A DNA stretch of 64,000 nt, taken from Thecamonas trahens ATCC 50062. Its lineage: Eukaryota; Protista; Apusomonadida. Shown piece by piece: positions 1 through 9,900 of this stretch. Below the pieces are notes generated by a model, which was given only the letters and a program-made list of their open reading frames with translations, did no database searches and was not told where the DNA came from. Position 1 is the first letter of the stretch, and each line of letters begins with the position of its first letter. Made by a program: the position numbers and the translations under genes. The stretch covers positions 62,001-126,000 of the forward strand of contig NW_013657645.1 of the NCBI RefSeq assembly GCF_000142905.1, written 5' to 3'.

Positions 1-170
1 CATCATCAAGCAGCCGTCTGCCTTGTCCACCGCCATCAAGCAGTCGTCTGCCTTGTCTACCATCATCAAGCAGCCGTCTGCCTTGTCCACCATCATCAAG
101 CAGCCGTCCGCCTTGTCCACCATCATCAAGCAGCCGTCCGCCTTGTCCACCACCATCAAGCAGCCGTCCG
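1..170. repeat. 30-bp tandem minisatellite (CATCATCAAGCAGCCGTCTGCCTTGTCCAC), intronic
   Basis: About 5.7 copies, truncated by the window start; lies downstream of the GTATGT donor at 222 on the minus strand. Confidence 0.9.
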
Positions 171-222
171 TCTTCTCGTCGACCCCCATCCCCCCCCCCC
201 TTTCCCCCCTCCTACGACATAC

Positions 223-336
223 CTTCAGCTCGCCCGTGGCGACCAGCTCCTTGGAGGCGCCCGAAATGTGGAAGACATGCGTCTCACCCGCCACCGACAG
301 CAGCAGGTCGGCAGTCTCTTCAGCACATGCAGCCAT
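223..336 (-). CDS. First exon (38 codons) of a gene running off the window; possibly spartin/senescence-domain (ERD7-like) protein
   Basis: ATG at 336, MAACAEETADLLLSVAGETHVFHISGASKELVATGELK, then phase-0 GTATGT donor; recalls the 'LLxI.g..vhlI......lA.GdL' N-terminus of ERD7/spartin (by eye). Confidence 0.5.
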
Positions 337-475
337 GGAGAACAATGTGTGGGTGGAGTGTGGAGAGAGAGTGTGTGTGGGGGGGGGGGGGGGGGGGGGG
401 AAGAGGGGGGTGGCCTCTCCGCTCTGACTTTGGAAGGGAGACTGCTGGCACATGGCAACGTTCCGCAACGTTGCA

Positions 476-763
476 GTTAATCGAGTTGAACGATAAATCC
501 ATCGTTCAACTCCATTAACTCCCGCCTCCAACGATAAATCCATCGTTCAACTCGATTAACTCCCGCCTCCAACAATAAATCCATCGTTCAACTCGATTAA
601 CTCCCGCCTCCAACAATAAATCCATCGTTCAACTCGATTAACTCCCGCTCCAACAATAAATCCATCGTTCAACTCGATTAACTCCCGCCTCCAACAATAA
701 ATCCATCGTTCAACTCGATTAACTCCCGCCTCCAACGATAAATCCATCGTTCAACTCGATTAA
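476..763. repeat. 41-bp tandem minisatellite (~7 copies) beginning with a 19-bp-arm hairpin, in a divergent promoter
   Basis: Unit CCAACRATAAATCCATCGTTCAACTCGATTAACTCCCGCCT, period 41; GTTAATCGAGTTGAACGAT-aaatcc-ATCGTTCAACTCcATTAAC at 476-519. Confidence 0.9.
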
Positions 764-803
764 CACCGACAACGACAGCCACCCCTCTCCCACACCCACA
801 CCC

Positions 804-2399
804 ATGCCCCCCTCCCTCACCCTCCTCACCCTCGCCCTCGCCCTGCTCGCAGCAGCTGTGGGGACGGCAGCAAAGGAGAGCAACGTGGTAACCATCACGT
901 CGGAAGAGCAGCTCGAGTCGCTGACCAGCTCGACAGCCGACGGCGTCATCGTGCTCGAGTTCTACGCGCCGTGGTGCGGACACTGCAAGCAGCTGGCGCC
1001 GATCTACGAGGAAATGGCCGATGAGTTTGCCGATGCGAGTGAGCTAGAGCCATCGGCGAGCATTGTGCTGACAAAAATTGATGCTACTCAACTGCCGGGA
1101 CTTGCCTCGGAGTACAACGTCAAGGGCTACCCGACCATCATCATCCTCCGTGTCCGGGAGGAGTCCTCGGCCCCGACTCGATCGGTGTACAAGGGCGATC
1201 GCGGCGCCGTCGAGCTCATGACTGCCTTTGTCGCCGCCTCCATGGACCGCCACATCTCCCTCCTCGACTCGCCTGCAGACATCGCAGCCTGGCGCCGCGA
1301 TCACACAGACTCGGGCGGCGCCATCTACGTCGCCGCGCCCTCGAGCTCGGCCGCCATCGACACCTTCTACGCCCTCGCCGACGGCCTTGCCCGCCGGCTT
1401 GACTCGGCCTTTGTCGTCGACCCCTCGGTGGCGCAAGACGTCGTCACTGTCATGCCGCCGCACCCGTCGGGCTTCCCGCTGCCGCCCGGCGACGGTGATG
1501 CCTTTGTCGTCGACTCGCGCCTCTCGCCCGACGTCATGATCCCACAGATCCTTGCTGCCGCCCTCCCGCCGGTCGTCGTCCTCGCCGGCGAGAACTACGA
1601 CCTGCTCTACGACCCCATGCTCGCCAACCACGACACCGTCGTCCTCCTTGTCATCTCACCAGAAGCTACCGCGACACCCGAGGCTGCCACAGACCTCCTC
1701 GTCGCCTTCTCGGCCTTCGCCGACCAGTTCCGCGCCCGCCACCCGTGGCAGTTTGCCCTCGTCCCACACAACGACGAGACAAGCTCCGTCCGCTCCAGAT
1801 ACGCCCTCGACTTTCCGTCCGACACGGCCGGCCCGCTCGACGCCTTCCTCATCGTCGAGACGCCATTCACCGAGCCCAAGGGCAAGTATCTCATGCCCGA
1901 GCGCATTCACTCGGCCGATCTCTCGGACGCCTCCTCGTTCCTCCGGGACATCGTCAACGGCGCCGCCGTCCCTTTCATCAAGTCTGAGCCAGCCCCGCGC
2001 AGGGCCACCAAGCGCGGACTCACCACCGTCGTTGGCTCCACCTTTGAAAAGCTCGTCCTGAAGTCGACCCGCGACGTCCTCGTCGTCTTTACCATCCCGG
2101 GCTGCAAGTACTGCGCCCAGTTTGATGACATCCTGAAGTCGTTTGCCTACGACGCCCGCCGCGTCAAGTCGCTCATCGTCGCCAAGTTCAACGCCGGTGC
2201 CAACGACTTTCCCACCCACCTCTTCCGTATCTCGGGCTACCCGTCCATTTTCTTTGTCCCTGCCGGCTCCTCGGTCCCTCACAAGTTTGACGGCCCGCGC
2301 AACCGGCCCATGCTCATCGACTTTGTGGCCACCCACGCCCGCAACCCGTCGACGGCCAAGAAGATAGCCAAGCTGGCCGAAGGCCACGACGAGCTGTAG
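804..2399 (+). CDS. PDI: Protein disulfide isomerase
   Basis: Signal peptide, FYAPWCGHCK thioredoxin site, second Trx domain with CKYC, C-terminal HDEL. Confidence 0.95.
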   Translation: MPPSLTLLTLALALLAAAVGTAAKESNVVTITSEEQLESLTSSTADGVIVLEFYAPWCGHCKQLAPIYEEMADEFADASELEPSASIVLTKIDATQLPGLASEYNVKGYPTIIILRVREESSAPTRSVYKGDRGAVELMTAFVAASMDRHISLLDSPADIAAWRRDHTDSGGAIYVAAPSSSAAIDTFYALADGLARRLDSAFVVDPSVAQDVVTVMPPHPSGFPLPPGDGDAFVVDSRLSPDVMIPQILAAALPPVVVLAGENYDLLYDPMLANHDTVVLLVISPEATATPEAATDLLVAFSAFADQFRARHPWQFALVPHNDETSSVRSRYALDFPSDTAGPLDAFLIVETPFTEPKGKYLMPERIHSADLSDASSFLRDIVNGAAVPFIKSEPAPRRATKRGLTTVVGSTFEKLVLKSTRDVLVVFTIPGCKYCAQFDDILKSFAYDARRVKSLIVAKFNAGANDFPTHLFRISGYPSIFFVPAGSSVPHKFDGPRNRPMLIDFVATHARNPSTAKKIAKLAEGHDEL

Positions 2400-2449
2400 C
2401 AGCACACGCGTGTCGAGTGTACGTGGAGCGTTTACTCGCCTCCTGCTCC

Positions 2450-4117
2450 TCAATCGACCTTGACCGAGCTGTAGATGGTGTACACAAACTTGCGCGAGGC
2501 CATAAAGCCAACCGTGCCGGTCATGGTGGCGAGCGCAAAGCAGGCGAGAGCCGACCAGCCAAAGAAGACCGAGGTCTGCAGCACGCCCTCCATCCGCGTC
2601 CGCGCCACAAAGTAGTACACCGAGTAGAGGAAGACGTAGACGGCGGTCGAGGCCGACGAGAGGACCGAGAGCCACTGCCACCGCCAGTCCTCCGACGCAA
2701 GCGTGAGGTACGTGACGACCACCGCGCACGAGCCCTGCACAATGACAAGGATGACAAAGACAAGGAGGAGGAGGCCGTAGACATGAAAGTACATGTGGTG
2801 CGAGAACGAGGCAAGCACAAAGTAGATCTCCAGAAAACAGCTGGCAAACGGCAGCACGCCGCCGAGGTGGATGAGGACCAGCGGCTGGAGGTACCACGGC
2901 TTGTCCGGAATGTGCCGCGGCACCTTCTTCGGCTTGAACGGCGCGTCAGACTCGCCGGCGAGCGACCGGCCAAAGAGCGTCCCCACAAGCGTGAGCGGGA
3001 ACGCCACAAACGCCCAGATGAGGACCACCGCAAGCACAGAGGTGAACGGCAGCGCAGAGAGTGAGTTGTACGAGATGGCAATGGCGTTGAGCACAAACGT
3101 GAGCGCAAAGACCACGCCCGGGAAGAGCCCGGCCGTAAGCATCATCGTTGACTTCCACGCCTCGCCACCGCCGGCCTTGTAGTACGAGCCTGAGACGTAG
3201 CCGGCCACCACGTTGGTGAAGGCGTAGATGAAAATACCCATCGTCAACAGCGCCCCGCGCGACTGGTACAGAGCCTTGGTCATCGACACGCCCAGAATAA
3301 ACGCCGTGAGCACAAGGAGCTGCACGCCCGTCCCCAGCACCGCAGAGAACATCGCCAGACTCGGCGGCGACCGGAACACGTCACCGTAAATCATCTTCCA
3401 TCCCGAGTCGTCGCCGATGGGAATGTCGTCCTCCTCGTCGCGGTTGTACCGCGCAAAGTCGCGCTTCAGCGTCCGCATCAGAATCATGAACACAAGGCCA
3501 ACCAGGAAGATGACCATCATAAACGAGTTGAACAGCGAAAAGTAGTGGATCTGGTGCTCAAAGAACGACTTGTCCAGGTACCGTGAGAACCGGTCCTCAA
3601 ACGCAATGTCCGTCTCCTCCCAGTCGAGCGAGTAGGTAAACACAAGCTCAGCGCCAGCCTCGATCAGCTGGGGATTCTCCGCCGTCAGCGAGACCTCGAT
3701 GATCTGATCGCCGTTGTAGGCAATGACAAACTTCTTGTGGGTAAACACGTACAGCGCTTCCTCAGTCGCATCCTCCGACACCACCACCTCACCCACCATG
3801 CCCCAAACCGGAAGATCATCCAAGAACATTTGGTACCAATACTGATTGAGCACCGCATACTCAAACTTGGCCGCACCATCTTCATCCAGCGTCACCGAGC
3901 AAATCTCCCTCGGCGCCACTGCATGCTTAAATTTCATACCAATGCCCGAGTTGACCAGTTCGTATCCCAGCAGTGCTTCACCGAGCGTTTCATGACGATG
4001 ATCCACAATATCCGTACCCCTGCAGTACGGGAGGACGTAGAACGAGTACGTCTCTTGCGGGTTGTGGTACGGGCCGACGTTGTTGGTCCAGAGAATGACA
4101 TCCTCTCCGTCCTCATA
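2450..4117 (-). CDS. TM9SF3: Nonaspanin / transmembrane 9 superfamily member (TM9SF3-like), main exon
   Basis: CAG acceptor at 4120-4118, then YEDGEDVILWTNNVGPYHNPQETY..LPYC; DDLPVWGMVG; FFEHQIHYFSLFNSF; GWKMIYGDVFR; 9 TM; C-terminal KVD. Confidence 0.93.
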   Translation of the reverse strand, partial: YEDGEDVILWTNNVGPYHNPQETYSFYVLPYCRGTDIVDHRHETLGEALLGYELVNSGIGMKFKHAVAPREICSVTLDEDGAAKFEYAVLNQYWYQMFLDDLPVWGMVGEVVVSEDATEEALYVFTHKKFVIAYNGDQIIEVSLTAENPQLIEAGAELVFTYSLDWEETDIAFEDRFSRYLDKSFFEHQIHYFSLFNSFMMVIFLVGLVFMILMRTLKRDFARYNRDEEDDIPIGDDSGWKMIYGDVFRSPPSLAMFSAVLGTGVQLLVLTAFILGVSMTKALYQSRGALLTMGIFIYAFTNVVAGYVSGSYYKAGGGEAWKSTMMLTAGLFPGVVFALTFVLNAIAISYNSLSALPFTSVLAVVLIWAFVAFPLTLVGTLFGRSLAGESDAPFKPKKVPRHIPDKPWYLQPLVLIHLGGVLPFASCFLEIYFVLASFSHHMYFHVYGLLLLVFVILVIVQGSCAVVVTYLTLASEDWRWQWLSVLSSASTAVYVFLYSVYYFVARTRMEGVLQTSVFFGWSALACFALATMTGTVGFMASRKFVYTIYSSVKVD

Positions 4118-4156
4118 CTGAGGATATTCCGCACACCCCGTCACAGCGGCATAAGT

Positions 4157-4157
<1 letters not shown>

Positions 4158-4239
<82 letters not shown>

Positions 4240-4364
4240 CATATATATGTGTGTGTATGTGTATGCTATAACCACGCCACCTCCCGTCGACCTCAGAACT
4301 CTTCTTCTCCGTCTGCCCTTGGACGCACGTCGACGTGGCGCGCTGGAAAGTGGCGACGTCCAAG

Positions 4365-4447
<83 letters not shown>
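4158..4447. repeat. (CA)n / (TA)n microsatellites in the TM9SF3 intron
   Basis: Two long CA runs and a TA run. Confidence 0.9.
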
Positions 4448-4448
<1 letters not shown>

Positions 4449-4630
4449 CCCACCAGCCCCCCTCCCCCCCCCTCCCCCCACTCCCCCCTCCCTTACACAT
4501 AAACACACACTAACCCCCTCCCCCCACACCACCCCCCACACCACCCCCCACACCACCCCCTACCATAGGCACAAGACAGTTAGGCTTTCTTGGAACAAGA
4601 CACACTCTTGCTACAACAAGGAAAACATAC

Positions 4631-4739
4631 CACTTTGGGGGGCTCGCTAGCACGTGGAATGGTACACACCAATGCAAGGCACACCACCGCAAAGACCACA
4701 ACTCGGGTGTGTCAACGACGAGAAGTGGCTTGTGCTCAT
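4631..4739 (-). CDS. TM9SF3: Probable signal-peptide exon 1 of TM9SF3
   Basis: RVVVFAVVCLALVCTIPRASEPPKV then phase-0 GTATGT donor, in phase with the acceptor at 4117; nearest ATG (4739) is one base out of frame. Confidence 0.5.
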
Positions 4740-4789
4740 CGGTTATTAGCTCACCGAACACCGGAAACAGGTCAACGCTCACCAGATCT

Positions 4790-5085
4790 CCGCTCACCGC
4801 TCACTGCTAACCGATCGAGCGTTTGTAGCTCAACGTGCATTGCTCACCGCTCGCCAGTTCGTCGCTCACCGCTCACCAGCTCGCCGCTCACCAGTTCGCC
4901 GCTCACTGCTCACCAGCTCACCGCTCACTGCTCACCGCTCACCAGTTCGCCGCTCACCGCTCACTGCTCACCGCTCGCCAGTTCGTCGCTCACCGCTCAC
5001 CAGCTCGCCGCTCACCAGTTCGCCGCTCACTGCTTACCAGCTCACCGCTCACCAGCTCGCCACTCACCAGCTCGCCGCTCGCCGA
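4790..5085. repeat. Degenerate minisatellite built from GCTCACC / CAGTTCGCC
   Basis: Dozens of CTCACCG/CTCACCAG units immediately upstream of TM9SF3 exon 1. Confidence 0.8.
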
Positions 5086-5385
5086 TCACCCACCCGGCCA
5101 TCTGCCCCGCAGATCCGAACCGACAGCGGCCGTCCGTTTGCACACCTTTGCCATCGCTTGCTGATTGCTGCCCGTAATGGTGTGATGTGAATGCAAGCAT
5201 GCTTGAGTCGTGGCAACAGGCTGCAGGCCACGGCTGCTGCTCCCTCCATTTCTACCTTTTACGCCATCACCGATAGCATCTCAAGAACCCAAGCCATGGC
5301 GGGCGAGCACGACATCGCCGACAACAGCCGCCACGACCAACACTCACGCACATCAGTGGCATGGGTCGCCTGCTGCTCCACACAA

Positions 5386-6819
5386 TCACACCCGCCGCAC
5401 GCCTCGCCTCCCACTACCATCGCCATCATCGTCCCATCGCCGCAGCTCCTCCATCGCTGTCCCCTCGTCGCCATACGACGACGATGAGCCCCACGCCCCG
5501 CTCTCCCGGTCCCGCAGTAGCTGCCGAAGACTCGCATCCTCGGCCCGCGATCCGCTGCGGATGACCACGGCCTCGCGACCCCAGCAGGCCTTCTGCCGCG
5601 CTGCCACGTTGACCACGCCCGCCAGCACCAGCAGCACACAGTCCAGACCCAGATATAGACCAAACGCCCGTGCCCGTGCCTGGCGATACTCATCCATGGC
5701 CGGCTTCCATGCCACATATACCACCTCGATCTCTGGGAAGAGCACCACGTCCGTCATCCCGCCGAGTGCCGCCAGGCCATCGCCGCAGTGCTCGCTGCCT
5801 AGCCGGACGCCTTGCGAGAGCCTCGTCGAGCTCCAATACTCTGGCTGAGGGCTCCCTGTCGGCAATACCCCACATGCCACCACCGTTACGTACAGAGTCC
5901 CGCCGTCGACCTCGCTGGCGGCCACGACCGGTGCGAGATGAACAACGCGCGAGCCGGTGCCAACCGAGGCCGAGGTGAGCGGGACCACAACCGAGCTGTT
6001 GCTGCCCGCCACCAGCACAGCGTCTGTCCACCGCCAGCCATACGCCCTCCTTCCTCTTGCCGTCGTCACGCTCGCATTGACGGACACTTGGTCGAGCATG
6101 CCGCCGGCCTCGTCGACGGCAAGAACGTGCCCGGCCGCCGCTGCGCCAATGGTCGTCGTCACGCCGAGGACAACAACCCAGACCAGCGCAGCACACGCCA
6201 CAAGTGGCGCAACCACTCGAGCTTGAACGTTGGCGTACTTGCGAATCAATCGCGACGTCGGATCGAGCTTGCTCGGATACAGCGCGTCGTACATCCACGA
6301 CAGGCCCGCCACAGCCGCCGTCCCGCCGCCAGCCGTCACCACCACGCCCACCAGCCATCCCGAGCCAAAGCCGAGCCCAGCCGCCGTCACCAGCGAGATC
6401 AGCTGGAATGCAACAAGAAGCGCTCCGCTGCACAGCGTAAGCCGCGTCACAGCTCCGATCACCCTTCTGCGGAACCGCTTGAGCACTTGCGCAGGAGACA
6501 TCGCTCTCGCCACGCTCGCAGTCGTCGCACGCACCACTCCCTTGCCCTTCGATCCCCGCTCGCCGCCGCTGCCTCGCCGCCGCCGTCGACCCCGGGACAC
6601 CATTTCTGTCACCGTCTGCGATACAAACGTGTACGAGCATGACGATGCCGACGCGGATGATGACGATGACGACGACAAAGATGACGACGACGACAACCGC
6701 GATGACTTGGACGACGACGACTCTTGGCCAGATCCAGACCCGCTCTCGAGAGCAGACGTTGTAGAGGTACCCACAGCCATCGATGACACATCCTTCACAC
6801 CTCGCCGAGGCCATGGCAT
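5386..6819 (-). CDS. Hypothetical multi-pass membrane protein
   Basis: 477-aa ORF with Ser-rich N-terminus and about 4 hydrophobic segments; no family recognised. Confidence 0.55.
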   Translation of the reverse strand: MPWPRRGVKDVSSMAVGTSTTSALESGSGSGQESSSSKSSRLSSSSSLSSSSSSSASASSCSYTFVSQTVTEMVSRGRRRRRGSGGERGSKGKGVVRATTASVARAMSPAQVLKRFRRRVIGAVTRLTLCSGALLVAFQLISLVTAAGLGFGSGWLVGVVVTAGGGTAAVAGLSWMYDALYPSKLDPTSRLIRKYANVQARVVAPLVACAALVWVVVLGVTTTIGAAAAGHVLAVDEAGGMLDQVSVNASVTTARGRRAYGWRWTDAVLVAGSNSSVVVPLTSASVGTGSRVVHLAPVVAASEVDGGTLYVTVVACGVLPTGSPQPEYWSSTRLSQGVRLGSEHCGDGLAALGGMTDVVLFPEIEVVYVAWKPAMDEYRQARARAFGLYLGLDCVLLVLAGVVNVAARQKACWGREAVVIRSGSRAEDASLRQLLRDRESGAWGSSSSYGDEGTAMEELRRWDDDGDGSGRRGVRRV

Positions 6820-6909
6820 TCGCTGGTGTCCACAGCAAGCTCTCCGGGAGAGAAGAGTGTCGCGGTAAACTCTATTTAATCCGCATCCGCAGCCAAACTA
6901 CCGCTGGCC

Positions 6910-9900
6910 TCACACCTGAGAGTCAAACACATCCGTCGACGCAATATGCGAGTTATATGGCGAGCTGTCGCAGCCCACGGTGCCGTATTCAGTGTCCAGG
7001 CGGTTCGGGATCGCTGTTGCCGTCGCTGTCGCCGTCATCGTCGCGGGAGGTGGCGGAGCATGCACACTAGCTAGGTTGGTGGAGACATCCGTTGCAAACA
7101 ACGTGTCATCCATACGGAGCGAGGCCATGGGTGGCTCGGTCGCGTACTCATCGAGCTCGACCCCGGTTGACATATGACTCGTACTCTCGGCCTCAAAGTC
7201 CCGGCTGTTGGCGAGCTCGCCCGAGGAGCAAAACTCTTCCTCGTCCTTGGCCTCGCGCTTGGCAATGAGCCACGCATCGATCGCGTTGCCACCCACAATG
7301 CCGATCACGTTGATCACAATGCCGCCGATAACACCGACCCTCCGCATTGTCGCGTCGTCAAACGTGCCAGCAAACAAAACCGTCGTCGTTGCCGCGAGCA
7401 CCACTAGCGCCAGCGAGTTGTGGAACTCTGACAGGTACGGCCGGCTCATCGCGAGCTGTACAATTGCCGAGACAAGGACAAACACCGCAGTATTGGCCTT
7501 GCCCTCGGGTGTGTACAGGAATGTCATGCAGATCACAACAAAGAGCTTGCGCACCATGATCGCCGTCTCGAACCACCAGTGATCGCCACGGAATCGCGAG
7601 ACAAGGAACGAGAACCGGAGCATAAACGTCACAGGATCCATTCGGCTCCGCTTCCGCGCCAGCACCCAGACCACCGCCCCGGGCAGTCCGATCCCGTACA
7701 CGGCCACGGCAATGATACCCGGGAGGAACAGCGACCACCATGCCGAGTCGTAGCACGTCCGCGACGGATCCGCGTCCAGGATCCACTTGCCTGCCTCGTC
7801 CTCGCGGCAGCCAAAGATCGAGAATGCCGCCCCGGCGAGGGGCAGGTAGAGGAGGACCAGGATCTGGAACATCGTCCGCCCGTAGCCCGACACAAACTCG
7901 CCGAACGTCTTGCCGGCAAACACCAGGCCGGCCTTAGAGGCAAAGTATAGTGCAACCGCGATGACCAGAAGCGCCATCGCCGCAAAGGCCGGAAGCATCA
8001 GCGCAAGCACCCACTTGAGCACCCACACATCGGTGCCCTTGATGACGCTGCACTCGGGCGAGGTGAGCTCAAAGTTGAGGTTGAGCGACGATGCAAAGTC
8101 AAAGTATACATCGGCAATCGGACCCCACTCAAGGTCGAGTCTACCGTACAGGGCTGAGATCTGCAGCGCGTTGACGCCGATCATCGCCGCCACAAACTTG
8201 TACCGCACGCTTTCTGCGAGCGAGAATGCATACAAGGCGCCGGTGATGGCGAGGGCAACAACGACGACAAGCACTGCCACAACCACATTCTTGCCACTGT
8301 CGCACTTGCGGCAGCTCCCGCCAAGCCGATAGTAGCCATCCGTGCACTTGGCGCACAGCCGCGAGGTGTAGCCCGGCGCGCAGCGCCCATTCCCAAGACA
8401 CGCGCCCTCGGTCGGACACGTCACAAACGCTCCGCCATCTGGATAAAACCCAGGAGCCGCTCGCGGTTTGGCGAGCACCCCATCGCAGAGAGCTCCGGTC
8501 GGGCACGCTTCGCACGGCATGTTGGTCAACCCCGATGGTGACCACGTGTTGGCCACACACACGCATGTCCCGGCTGTGATGTTTGCCGAGCCAGTCGAGA
8601 CCACCGTGTTCGCCGGGCATGCGCACTCGAGCACTTCAACCCCACTCGCAAAGCCTCTCTTACCCGACCCTGCCGCACACAATGTCACCGTCAGCGTGCC
8701 TTCCAGTCGGATCGCTTCCGCGCCAGTCGCGCTCAAAGTCCAGCCCACCTCGGTCGGCAGCTCGTCGACAAACTCCATCTTGGCCAGCAGCCGCACATCC
8801 GGCGGCAGTGCAAGCACAGCGTCGAGCGTCGACTGCGGCGCGCCCGACACAACCACAACCTCTGATCCGCTGCTCATCAGTAGCTCTTGTGCAATCTCGA
8901 CATGCGCCTGATCAAAGGTGTCCAGTCCGCGGAACACGCCGTCAAACGCACGGCCAGAATCGAGCCGTGACGCTGGCGGTGTCACCCACTCGAATCGAAC
9001 AAGAGGGCCGCCAACAGCCGCCCGACCCGCAATCACGGCACTGTAGTCCTCGTCGGTCATCCTTAGCCATGGCAGCTGCGCCGCTGAGCCAGTGGCTGGT
9101 GCAAAGCCATCTGCGGCGCACAACAGCGCGTCCGAGGCAATCGCGCTGATCGCGTCCACATTGCCGGCGAGCACCGACGTTGTGCCCGAGACTTCGATCG
9201 GACTCCCGCAAGCAAACAACCCGCCGCCCTTGGCTGTCGCCACATTGCCGGTCATGTTGGTGTTCCGTAGAGCCACAGAGGCAGCAATGCCACTCGCTCG
9301 ATCAGCGGCGGCAGCCAACGCGCCGGTCGCCACAGGCAGCTGCGCCGACGTCGTCGCCGCGCTCGCCGCAAACTGCAAGTCGGAGGCAACCGCTGCCAAT
9401 CCGCCGCCGAATACTGCCGTGTTGTCCTCGATCCGACATGCGGTGAGTGTCACCGTCCCGGTGCCCTTGACCTGAACGCCGCCGCCGTTGGAGCCGCGCG
9501 CCATGTTGCGGCTCACCACCGACTCGATCATGGAGAGCGTAGCGAGCGAGTTGACCGAGATCGCACCGCCACCGGCACCGCTGGCCATGTTGTGGGCCAG
9601 TGTGCATCGCGTAAGCGACGCTGCTGCGCTCTGGGCGACAACAAGGACTCCGCCCTCGGCAGCTGTTGAAGACTCAAACGTCGAGTCGGTGGCAATGACC
9701 GATGAGCCGGCCGTCCGCACGTACACCGCGCCACCAAACGAGAACGCGGTGTTGTGGGAAAAGGTGGCGTTGTGAAGGACGGCCGACGCGCCATCGGACA
9801 CCAGCATTGCTCCGCCGCGACCGACGTCAAGCACCGCGTTGCCTGTCGACAGCGGCTCGCTGATCGAGTTGGAGACGGTGACGTGGGTGAGCTTGATCGT

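Noticed and set aside
476-763. CRISPR-like array (palindromic ~40-bp repeats)
   Set aside because: Units are contiguous and near-identical with no unique spacers; no cas genes; eukaryotic context
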